Source: Octopus sinensis
Lineage: Eukaryota
DNA: 64,000 nt
Direction: 5' to 3'
Assembly (NCBI RefSeq): GCF_006345805.1
Contig: NC_043002.1
Coordinates: 41,912,001-41,976,000 of the forward strand
The notes under the pieces were generated by a model. The model worked only from the letters and a program-made list of their open reading frames with translations, had not been told where the DNA came from and did not search any database. Below, piece by piece: positions 27,222 to 40,700 of this stretch (position 1 is the stretch's first letter; each line of letters starts with the position of its first letter). Made by a program: the position numbers and the translations under genes.

Positions 27222-30200
27222 TTTTACAGAAATGAAAAATTTTTTGGTATTTGCCCGACGAAATGATATTCGAAAGATTTCTTTGGATGTGAAATATTTT
27301 GCTGATGTTGTTGTTCCTTTGGGCCAATTAAAGAATGCAGTTGCCCTTGATATAGATCCAATACGAGGTAAAGTTCTTTCATATTATAACAGATTTCCTA
27401 ACTGAGGATGAGATTGTTCCCAGCAAATTTTGTTTGGAAGGATAATAAAATAGATGTAGGATTGGCATTGTGGTTTAGAAGTTTGTTTCCCAACCACATG
27501 GTTTTGGGTTCAGTCCCGCTGTGTGACACCTTGGTTGAATGCTTTCTACTACAGTTCTAGGCTGGCCAAAGTCTTGTGAGTTGATTTGGTAGGTAGAAAC
27601 TGAAAGAAACCCATCACAGATATATATGTGTGTGTATGGGTAAATTTTTGTTTCTTCATCTTGTCTCAAGATAGTTGTAAACAAGCATCACCATCATAGA
27701 AATGGTGTCCTTTGTTTCCAGTCTTCCATGAAAACGTTACCTTAGTTGAAAACAGGAAAGGGTTGGTGACGAGAAAGGCATCGACTTGTAGAAAATCTGC
27801 CTCAACAAATTCCAACTGAGTCATGCAAGCATGGAAAATCATCATCATCATCATCATTTAACGTCTGTTTTCCATGCAAGTATAGGTTGGACAGAGAGCA
27901 TGGGTTGGAAAAGTGGAAGTTAAAACGATGATAGCGCAGTATAACAATAAAATATTGTTTGCTTCCTTTGGTACAAGACCCTTGTTTTGTAAGAAAAGGA
28001 TTTATTTAGTTTAGTCAACCTGACTACATGATTTGTGTTTTATCAGCCTTCGATTGATGGAAGGCAAAGTTGAACTCAGCACTAAAAGTACAAAACTATA
28101 TTCCACAAGGTATTTTATCTGACACTTTACCATTCTTGTTACCCTATATAACCTTTCCAGAATAGACCAAAGCATATGTAATAAAACGTTCTGCCCAAAG
28201 ATATTATCAAATACCTGCAGGAGATCATGAAGTCAACAACTTTATGCTGGAAATCTAATACTTTATCTGTTTAAGGCTAATATTTTATTTTCTGGTTATT
28301 TAATCTTGTCCTCTGTTGTTCCTATAGATTCCTAGCCCTTAGTGAATCCAAATGTTAAAACCAGCTTACTAAATGTTTGTTGCAGGTAAAATTTATTGGT
28401 CTGACACAGTTGTAGATAAAATACAGAGATCAAATTTGGATGGATCCCAAGTTGAAGATGTTATTTCTCATGGACTTGACACGACTGATGGACTTGCAGT
28501 TGATTATATTGGCAAGAAGATTTACTGGACAGAAAATGGAAACAACCGGATTGAAGTTGCAAATCTTGATGGCACAATGCGAAAAGTGCTTTTTTGGCAG
28601 GATCTAGATTCTCCAAGAGCAATTGTTATCCACTATGAACAGGGGTAAGTAGCATTTGAATTATTCTTGAGTTGCATTTTGTTTGGTGAGTGTTTGGATC
28701 TGAAATTGAGTTTAACATTCACCAATTCCATCATGGTATACCGTTATATTAATTTTTTTAAAAAGATGTATAGGTGTGTGTGTGTGTTTGTTTCTTTCTT
28801 TGTTTTAAACTTCTGGCATAAAGCTACCTCCTCCTTTCAATGCTACCCACCCCCACTTAGTCAAGGAGGCTTTTTTCTGTCTAGCAAGTGCAAGTTATTT
28901 GGCAGCGTCACTTGTGACAGTGGAATGTAAAATGTACTTGGTGCACTCTGTAAAGTGGTTGGCATTAGGAAGGATATCCAGCTGCAGAAATCATTCCAAA
29001 GTTGATATTGGAACTCAACACAGTTCTGCAGCTCACCAGGTCCTGTCAAGCCATATTACTCATGCCAGCATGGAAAATATATGTAAACTGATGATTATAT
29101 ATATATATATAAACAATGATGTTGGACAGATAAAGCAACATATTCTCAGACAGTACCACAGACTTCACTATACATATGCGAAAGAAACAGGATATTCAAA
29201 CTGTTCTCAGCCCCATTATCCATGCTACCTACTACTCCCATGATGGCAGAGTTCATGGCTCTGTAAAGCTGCTTGCCACTTCTTCACTCCTGCCCTCACC
29301 AATGAAACCTTCAACCATGCTTACAATGAACTTGTACTTCAAGTAATCAAACAATTGGAATACATCTTTGAAACCAACAGAAGATCCATTTAGACATAAC
29401 AGAACATAAGATGGTTACAGTTGGAATACATTTGGTCATAGGTCTGCTCAGTCAGAGCTGGTCTGGTGATACACAGCAACAAATATAGAACATGTGTCAA
29501 TTAGAAAGAAACTATAATATATTCTGTTTTTCTCTCAGTCAATAAAGAATTATTATTTATTTGCTTGTCATACACTGGCATGTTTGTTTTGTAAATTAAT
29601 TTTTGTTTGTTCCTTTTGATATGATGTACAACAAAGAAGTAGATTCCCTTTATAGCAAATATGTAGACCCCCACCTCCACATTAATTAATAATTCTTCAT
29701 TGTATCTCTGCAGCTACATCTACTGGACAGATTGGGGAGACCGACCCAGAATAGAGCGAGCAGATATGGATGGTAATAACCGGCTCACAATTATTTCAAA
29801 AGCTCTCAAGTGGCCTAATGGGCTGACTATTGATAAAGAAACTCGAAGACTGATTTGGAATGATGCCACTACAGAAGTAAGTTATCAATGGTATCACACA
29901 TTGATCTATACTCATCATCACTCAATGTCCACTCTTCCATGCTTGTATGGGTCTGATGGAACTTGTTGAGATAGATTTTCTATAGTTGTATGCCCTTCCT
30001 GATGGCAATCCTCATTTGTTTTTTAGTAAGGTAATATTTTTCCAGGACCAGACATGTCTTGGAAATTTGGAAACCAATGACCTTGCTTGTATAATGATGA
30101 TGCTTATTTTACTACTGTCATGTGACGTCTAGACAAGATTACACACACATAAATACACACGTGCACACACATTCATATAAGCACTTCTTTCCATTTTTGT

Positions 30201-31726
30201 CAACCAAATCCGCTCATAAGGCTTTAGTTGGCCTGGGGCTGTGGTAGAAGACACTTGCCCAAGATACTGCACTGTAGGACTGAATCTAAAACCACATTAT
30301 TGAGAAGCAAGCTTCTTAACCACACTGCCACATTTGAATAAATTACTTAGAGATCACTTGATAATGAGTGAATGGAGCATTTAAAATCTGACCAGAAATA
30401 ATTGTCTGGTGGGAGGGTGGGGGATGGGGAGAAACAAGTCTCGTGTATGTAAATGTATTTTCATCGATTTTACATGTTATTATAGCTACCACTTCTGTCC
30501 AAGCTGGCACTGATTGGACAGAGCATTTTTGAAGTGTTTTATGGTTAGATGCCCTTCTTGATACCAAGCCATTTAGTCACTTCTTGCAACAGATAATGAA
30601 CTTATTTTAACACCTGGATACATGGTAATAATGACATCGTCATCATTGTTTAGCGTCTGTCTTCCATGCATACATCGGTAGGATAGTTGACAGGAGCTGG
30701 CCTGGTAGAAGACTACCCCCGGGCTACTGTGTCTGCTTTTGCAGAGTCTTTTTTTGCAGTTAGATGCCCTTCCTAACACCAACCACTCTGCAGAGTATAT
30801 TTATATATGCATTTGTGTGTGTGTGTGTGATCATATCATATACATCTGATTTCCATGCTGGCATGGATTCATTGGGTCATTATGGTCTATATTAGTTCAT
30901 ATTCAATGTTTCTCTCTTCTTAATCAGGTGAAAAGTTCATATTTTGTTCATACATTTCATTTCTGGTTTGGTTTCTACATTTGGATGTTTTTGTATCACC
31001 AATGACTTTACAAATCATATTGGGTGCATTTTACCATGACACCAACACTGGAAAGGTTCTTTTGTATCTCATAAGTGTAAAGAGTCCTTTCTACCTTGAT
31101 GCATTCAATGTCACCACATAGGTGATGTCATTGTTTGTGTCTGCTGTAAAAATATGTCTGGCCACTCTGAGGTTTGTCATGTGAAAGATCAGGAGAATCA
31201 AGAAAGGGTTGGTGATAGGAAGCACATCATACCATAGAATACTGCTTCAACAAATCTCATATAACATACAGTGAGTTATTATCATCATCATTGCTTTAAT
31301 GTCCACTTTTACATGCTTGCATGTGTCCAATGGAGTTTATTGAGGCAGATATTTCTATGATCAGCTGTCCTTTCCATTTGCTAATTATCACCTGTTTCAA
31401 AGGAAGGTAATATTTCTTCATGACCTGACATGGGCTCACAGAATATTGGAAATAAATGACATGACTCTATGACAGTAGCAATCACTTAGAATTATTTCCC
31501 CAATATCAAGACAAGGAGATGCAAATATATACACTCACACACATATACATACATATGCAGATATACATAATCAGTGGGCTTCTTTCAGTTTCCATCTACC
31601 AAATCTACTCACAAAGCTTTGATTGGCACGGGGCCATAGTAAAAGACATTTGTCCATGGTACCACACAGTGGGATTGAACCTGAAACCACGTAGGTGAGA
31701 AGTAAATTTCTTAACCTGCATCTCTG

Positions 31727-31765
<39 letters not shown>

Positions 31766-34700
31766 CAAGTGTATGCACAGACACACACATATGTATATTT
31801 TATCATCAATGCCTACTTCAGTTTTGTGTATGTGATTTTATTTCTATTTGACTGTTGGCGTTAGGAAGGGCTGTTGGCGTTAGGAAGGGCATCCAACCGT
31901 AGAAACACTGCCAGATCTGACTGGGCCTGACGAAGCCTTCCAGCTTCACAGACCCCAGTTGACCCGTCCAACCCATGCTAGCATGGAAAGCGGACGCTAA
32001 ATGATGATGATGATGATTGTTTTTATTGTTTTTCTAGGTAATAGAATGTTCTGATCTCAATGGGAAATCACGGCAAAAACTTGTCTCTAAGCTTCTTCAC
32101 CCTTATGGACTGACAGTGGCAGGTCCTTTCATCTACTGGACAGATTGGCGAACAAGATCAATCCACCGAGCTGACAAGATGACTGGTGAAGGTGCTATGG
32201 TTGTTCGAAGCAACATTCCTGGACTAATGGATCTACGGACTGTTCACATGGACAGAACTGGTAACTATAGTAACATCTCTCACCTGGATTTTTTTTTTCT
32301 GAAGTGAAGTTGAAATATGTCTTCATTATCATCATATCATTTACTTTTGCTCATGTTTTCTTTTTCCCTCTTTTTGGGGGGTGGGGGTGGGGCTATTTTC
32401 TTTCTCCTTTGCTTCTGTCATGAATCCCAGAACTCATAAGGCTGGAGTGTATGAGGTGGTACCAAAAAGTACCTGGACTAGTTACATTTAGTAAAAAATA
32501 ACTTATTTACTTAAGTTTTGATATCATCTCCTTTGAAATAGTCACCTTGTACAGCAATACACTTGTCCCAGCATTCCTGCCATTTTTGGAATTCAGCCTG
32601 GAAATGATTTTCCATAAGCAAGTTGAGAACCTTCTGCAATTCGCTCTGGATCCCAACAACGATGTTAAGTTGACAACCTTTGAGCTGCATTTTCATCTTA
32701 ATGAAGAGATGAAGTCCACAGATGCTAAATCTGGCGAATAGGGCAGGTGCAGAAGCAATACCCTGTTGTTTGGGGCGCAATCCTCATGAGTGAGGAGAAC
32801 TCAATGACAGGGTACATTGTCGTCATGAAGAATCCAATTCTTCATGCTTCACAGGCCCAGTCACTTTCACCAAATTTCCTCCTTAAAACACTTCAAAACG
32901 TCGGTGTAGGACTCTCAATTGACAGTCTGGCCTTGAGGGACAGATTCTCAGTGTACAATACCACATTTCCAGATGTGACACTTGTGGCAGGTTTTCCAGG
33001 GACATTCTTCCACTTTTGAAGCACTTATATCACTCAAAACATTGTGTACGATCCTCTGCCTTGTCGCCATAAGCTTGCCGAAGCATGCTCAATGTCTCTG
33101 TAGAAGACTTCCCAAGATGAATGCAAAATTTCATGTTGGTTCTTTGTTCCTATCCATGACAAAATCACAGACTACAGCATACACATGATCACAAAAACAA
33201 AAAATTCACAACTTGCAAAATAAATACAGTGATGTCTCTCAGCACACTGCTTCATAAAGATCACTGCTAGCTCTCACTATACACACTACCATGTGCTGCC
33301 ATCTGTTGGTGTGCTGCAGAAATAGTCCAGGAACTTTTTGATACCACCATATACATCAGTTTTTATGGTATATATGTAACTGAGATTACACTAAACACTT
33401 GGCCACACCTTCACACACCTTTACTTTATTAGATGACAATTAACTTCTGGTGTCTTCCTTGATTAGTGCTTGTCATAGAATTTTATACAATTCAAAGGTG
33501 GTCTCTGGTTACTGTGTGAGAAACAAAATTCAAACTCATTGTAGTAAGAACTTCCTGCCAAAATATTTTCAATTTATACCATATGCACTTTTTTTTCTTG
33601 CAAATAAATATTCTAAATTAATGAGTTATTCAAGTGTTCTTTTAAACTGGGAGTCGTATGTTGTGTGGTTCTGATTTACAGTTTTATTTTTGTTTGATTA
33701 AAACAAATTGTTTACCCAATTATCACCATGACTATGCATTGATTTTATCTGTATTAACTCTTATTTACTCCTTTTCCAGAATACCCAATCAACCGTTGTG
33801 GTAAAAATAATGGTGGCTGCAGCCATCTTTGTCTTCCAAATCCAAAGGGTTTCAGCTGTGCCTGTCCAACGGGATTGCTACTCACTCAGGATAAAAAAGC
33901 GTGTCAATCCAGTGAGTAGACATTCAAGTTTCTATTTCAAAATCATTCCTACATTTCTTTTTCATTCTTTTCTCTCTCGCTATAATTTATAGAAAATTCC
34001 CACCTTCAATGAGCGGCTTAACAGTGAATGAGTCTGAACAAGGATTTTATTTTAACTCTTACCCGTTTTAGTCATTAGACTGCAGGATTTAGTTGAACAA
34101 ATCACCAGTACTTATTTTATTGATTTTCTTTCGCCAAACCACTAGATTATAGGAATGTAAACAAAATAACACCAGTGGGAGGAACAAATGTAAACACAAA
34201 GAGATACCCACACACACACATATATACACAACAGGTTTCTACAGTTTACATTACCAAATTCACTGATTAGACATTGGTCAGCCCAGAGGTATAGTAGAAG
34301 ACCCTTGGCGGCGAGCTGGCAGAAATGTTAGCACACCAGGTGAAATGCTTATCAGTATTTCGTCTACTGCTACGTTCTGAGTTCAAATTTTGCTAAGGTC
34401 GACTTTGCGGTCGATTAAATAAGTACCAGTTACGCACTGGGGTCAATATAATCGACTTAATCCGTTTGTCTGTCCTTGTTTGCTACCTCTGTGGGCAGTA
34501 AAGAAATAAGAAGACCCTTGCCCAAGGTGCTGTGCAGTGAGACTGAACCTGAAATTGTAGTTGCAAAGCAAGCTTCGTAACCATGCAGTCATACCTATGC
34601 ATATGTTTGATTTTTTTTTTTTGTTATAATTCCTGCATCTGATAAGGTGGCGAGCTGGCAGAATCGTCAGCATGCTGGACAGAATGCTTAGCAGTATTTC

Positions 34701-37700
34701 ACCGGTTGCTACATTCTGAGTTCAAATTCCACCGAGGTTGACTTTGCCTTTCATCCTTTCTGGGTTGATAAATTAAGTACCAGTAAACCACTGGGGTCAA
34801 TGTAATCGACTTAATCCCATCTCCCAAGCTGCCATTGTGACAAAAATTTGAAATTACTGTGAACGATAAATTTTGAACTTATATGCTAATGTTTATTGTT
34901 TCTGTTACATTTTATTTGCTACTGATTACCAATTTTGATAAAGCCATCACATCAGTTTACATCCATTGTAACCCCTATGCTTTCATGGGTAGATTGCTCT
35001 TAGAACATTTCATCACTCTTTGCAATTCTTTGTCCTCTGTCACATCAAAAGAAGAAGAAAAAAAGACACCTGCCAGTTTTGTTGTATATGTTATGTTATT
35101 TCTGCCATGGTTGGATACCCTTCCTATCACTTACTTTTCAGCATGGACTGAATACACTTTATCATGTTATCGACACTTGAGATGTCAAATAATGAAAGCA
35201 AACAGTCTTCTCTACTCTTCTTTTATTTGCTCCTTAACATTTTAGCAATCAGATTACTCTGTCAAACATAATGCTTATTCATTCACACTGTTTAGAATGG
35301 ATCATACAGTATCTTATATCTTCGAGATTTCGATGATGGGATTGTTTATATTTAGAATGACATTGTAGAGTAAGTGTGAGGGGTTGGATCTGGTCAGTTT
35401 GAACATAAAACAGATAAAATATTTTATCCAGATAAGGTCAGTTTAAATGCTAGAGGGTTAATTGCTTATGTTCACTGATTCTAGAAATTTATGTTGATTG
35501 GGTCATGTACAGAGCATGGACAACAACAGCCTCCCCAGACAAATCCTTTACTCTCAACTATGCGAGGGGAAAAGATGATCTAGACCGAAATACAAAGATA
35601 CTGCAAAAAGGGATATGAAGTGGAAAAGAATTGATCATAATAAATAGCAAACTCAGTCAAAAAAACCAACCAATATAGAGATAGCTTATCAAGTTATGCT
35701 AAAGCCATGAACAGTCATAGTCATAACAACTGATTATAGATAATATTAATCATAATAATTATCATAATAACTGATTCTAATAAAGTGTATTTACTATAGT
35801 ATTTTTTCTTCTGTTTCAGTGCCAAGTGTGTATTTATTATTCGCCAGTCGTGGTAGCATCAGGAGAATCTCTCTTGACTCAAATGATTATACAGATGTAT
35901 ACATTCCCTTGCCTGATGTACACAATGCAATTGCTTTAGATTTCGACATCCAAGATAGTAAAATTTATTACACTGATGTTACTCTTGATGTAATCAGGTG
36001 AGTGAAGCTTCAGCTATTCTTGTTTGTTTGTTTTTTTTTTACCAATATGTATTAATCTCTTGAAGAAGGTGACTCAGAGACACTTATGTGCTCCTGAGTC
36101 CAATGGATTCAGGGTAGATGAGGCCCTTCAGCTATTTAGCTGCTCATCTAACAGAAGATATTTACAAATAAATTCTGCTGCCTGATAAATACTGAGGCCA
36201 TGGCACTTGTTGCACTGGACCAGTACAAGGAGGAATTGAACTGGCACTGTACAAACCATGTCCTCTAAACTCCTGCTGCCCTGTGGGGTAATTTATTGAG
36301 CGTTTGAGAAAGGCTAAGAGAGTAAACCCCTAAAAAAAAATCCAAAGGAATTGACTAAGGCATATATATACAGCTATACTCAACCAATATCTGGCATCAG
36401 CTATGGTTCTATGAAAGCTGTGATTATATTGACTTGTCCTTCCTTTGTGCCATATGCATGAGTGAAGAAGTGGTAATTGTACTTGGAGTTAGGCACTTGC
36501 TTTGGGAAACAGCCCAGGCACAGCAGAGGTGTTTAAGTTTTTGTTTTTTTTGCAATATTGTTGACCAACAATGAAACAAGCCAACCAAACCATTGATGTC
36601 CAACACCTTGCTTCTTCCATCATTGATTTGTTTGCTTATTATATATTCTACTATGGAAATATCATGGTTCATTTTTAAGTTTATCTCTACAGATTTTAGA
36701 TCCAGCTTTGAAAGTTACAATGTTTCATATATGAACATGTCTATATAAACAATACCATCAAAGATTGCAAAAATAGGTAATAAGTGTGTATGTAGATTTC
36801 AAGAGCACAACATCCAAAGGAATGTATTCATGGATAGTTAATGGGTTGGATGTAATACTGATGAAAGAGTGATAACTCTTGAAATATGTATGTACACCTA
36901 TTACCAATTTTTTCTATCTTTAATTGCACTGTTTACATAGATGTATTCATATTCAAGATATCATAACTTTTAGTGCTGGCTTTGAATTCCATAGAAAATC
37001 TGTTGAGATTAGATTTGCCATAGTTACAAATGTATTTGCAGAACTAAGCTCAGATATGTTCTTCTTTTATTAGGCGAGCTAGTCTGAATGGAAGTAATAT
37101 GGAGGAAATTGTACATAAAGGTTTATCAACAACCGATGGTTTAGCTGTTGACTGGGTTGCAAGGAATGTCTATTGGACAGACACTGGTAAGTTTTGGGCT
37201 GTCAGAGCTATTATATTTTACTTTTCATCACAATTGGTGAACACTAGTGTCATTGGTTACAGGTTTCCAATGGGTCAGTCACTGGTTCACTAATTACAAT
37301 GGCTGATGTAACAAAGGAGTGTGTATAATTCAGTGCAGAAGAAATATCTCACTAGATTTCCTTCACAAAGGACTGGCTTGATTTAGTTACCAATGTTTAT
37401 ATCCTTTGGCAGTGTACAACATCATTTAATGTCCCTGTTCTATGCTGGCATGGGCTAAATGGTTCAACAGGAGACTTAGGGTCTAAGGATTGCATCATGC
37501 TCCAGTGGTTGCTTTCATATAGTTTATACAGCAGGATGCATCTCCTAATGCTAACCACTTTACAGTGTGCCATGCAGATTGTAACATATTGATGCTATAT
37601 CAAGTTGGTAATAAATTCCTTATAGAGCGAGGTCATTGCCAGTGCTGCTGAACTGGCTCCTTTGCAGGTGGCACGTAAAAAACCACCTTTTGAGCATGGC

Positions 37701-40700
37701 CATTGCCAGTACCACCTGACTGGCCCTTGTGACAGTGGCATGTAAAAGCACTCACTACACTCTCGGAGTGGTTGGTGTTAAGAAAGGCATCCAGGTGTAG
37801 AAACTCTGCCAGATCAGATTGGAGCTTGGTGCAGCCAGCTGGCTCGCCAGTCCTCAGTCAAACCATCCAACCCATGCCAGCATGGAAAACGGATGTTAAA
37901 CGATGACTGATGAGGAAAAGCCAAAAAACATACAAGATCTAATCCTGCTCTTTCCTATACAATTTTTATGATTCTTTGCATTCTCTCTTTCAGGTCGAGA
38001 TGTGCTTGAAGTTGCCCGCATTGATGGGTCAAGTAGACGTGTGCTAATTTCCAAAGACCTGGATGAACCACGAGCAATTGCTGTGTTCCCAAAGAAAGGG
38101 TAAAAATTACCAAATTTAACTTTCTATTAGTGTTGTTACTGTTGTTGTCGTCTAACCCCAAATCAGCCTGATCAAGCAGACATGTAATCAGATGTTCCAT
38201 CCAAGACCATCCCATGTTTTTGCATATCTCGTATGACTATGTTGAATGTATCACCATCATCTTAATACCCACTTTTCCATGCTTGTGTGGGTCAGACAGA
38301 ATTTTTATGGCCAGATATCCTTACTTATTTCTAAGAAAGGTAATATTTACCTATGATCACATGCTTTTCCAGAAGATTGGAAATGAAGGATACTGCTTAC
38401 GTCAATGTCAATGCAAGGAAATAATACACATACATGCATATGGTCCAACCCATGCCAGCATGGAAAACAGATGTTAAATGATGATGATGATATATATTAT
38501 ATATATATATAAAACATGGATTTATTTTATTTTTCCATCTACCAAATCCACTAACAAGACTTTGTTCAGCTCAGGGCTATAGCAGAAGATAACTTACCCA
38601 AGGTACCATGCAGTGGGACTGGAACTGAACCTAGAATCATGTGGCTGGGAAGCATACCTCTTACCACACAGCCACACCTGCACCTATCCTTCTTAATTTT
38701 TGCCAAAGATAGTAGACTATGATTTGAGAGCTAATCGACTATTATTTCTTGCAGGTCAGGCAGACAGAAACTTTAGTGCTTATTGTCTGTTCCCTCTTTC
38801 ACACACACATTCTTTTTGTTGTTGTTTGATTGAATCAGTTTTCTTCAAAACTTCAAGCTGTATTTGCATATAAACCTTACTAACTCTTGTGGTTCAATGA
38901 AAAGTTAAATCTTTCTCTCTCCCTCCCTCCTTCCCATTCTCTCTCACTATCTCTGTATGCCCCTATCTCTCTCTCCCCTTCTCCTTTCTCTCTGTTATTG
39001 CTCTTAGAATTTTAAAAGTTCCCATAAACCTTTTCTTCTGCAACATTTAATAGGACATTTTGTAGTTATTGATATTTAACCCCAAGTCAACCATGATCAA
39101 AAGCATTCTACCCATGGCTAACTCATTTTCATTTCAGACATTATGTACCTAAGATCACACTATCGAATGTGTCCTTTCCCTTTTTATGATGGTAGAGAGT
39201 GGTTTGAGGTAGATTAGGCTTCTTTTTCTTGAAAGTCAAGTGACTACATAAAGGCTCCTGCTTCATTATCCTTTTGTGGTTGTTATTTATATTATTAAGT
39301 AGCTCCAATCAGCTTACAATATTCACAACAAAAATGTGTTGGTTCCATTTACATTTATATATAACAAATAGGATCAGTCATGAAGCTAAATATTTAAGTT
39401 GTTTAATTAATGTTTGAGTCAGTCAAGCCCTATTGAGATGTCTGTCAGTCTATTTTTAAATTGAAAAGTGGTGAGATATCGATAATAAAAATAAATTTGT
39501 TCTGATTAAGCAAATGTATGATCAAAGCTATTTCAGCTGTGACCATCCTTTATTTTTATATTTCTTGGGTTACTTATTCAAAGTGTCCTCACCCATTTAT
39601 AAGATATGATTTGACTGACTTTGGTTACTATTTCTAGCAAATTTACTGATCATGATAACGTTCCCTTGTTGATTCTATATATTGAAATGTATTACCTCTT
39701 TGTTTCACAAAATAATAACAGTGAAGAGTGGTAATGAAATATGTGAAGAAAAATTTCCCAAGATAAAGATTACATTTAACTTTGCTCTTCAACTTCAAAT
39801 AGATTGTTGTGTAGATATTTTTTTCCTTCAATTCATATCTCCTGGAACGATTCCTATTCATCTGAAATTTAATATATGTTTATAAACAATTTATCTTGGA
39901 GGATAAAATTGTCACAATTTAAGTATAATTTTATATTAAAATTTTTCCATTTCCAGGCATTATAGGTAATTATTATGCGCAGCATGCCAAATGCTGGAGG
40001 CAATTTGAAAATAGAAGGAAAATAATAACAAAATCATTTCCCCCTCCAAAAACCAATTTTTAAAAAATGACATTCATTATTAATAATCATTATTTCATGT
40101 ATTCCTGATCTCAAAATAGAATTTTTATTTTTATAAACCATAAATTTCAGGTTGATGTTCTGGACTGACTGGGGGAAAGTTCCCAAAATAGAACGTGCCT
40201 TCTTAGATGGAACCAGCCGCAAAGCTATTGTAACAGCAAACCTTGGTGCGTAACAGAATATTTCCTTTCTCTATGCCACACACACACACATATACACAGA
40301 CAAATATGCATTGTCATCACCTTTATTTTGTCTTTTTGACATCCACTTTTCTATGATCATATGGGATGGATGGAATTCATTGAGGCAGACTTTCTATGGC
40401 CAGATGTCCCCCCACCCTGTCACCAGTCCTCACCTGTTTCCAAATAAGGTAATATATTAACTACTGGCTGGATATGTTTCCATGGAATCTTGGAAATAGA
40501 CACCACTTGTATGACAGTGATGCTCATTTACAACTATCACATGATATCAAGGGTAGTAGACTCTAATACACACACATATGACAGGCATCTTTTCGTTTCC
40601 ATCTACCAAATCTAGTCATAAGGCTTTGGTTGGTCTGAGATTGTGGCAGAAGACACTTGCCCAAGTTGCCATACAGTGGGACTGAACCTGGAACTATGTG

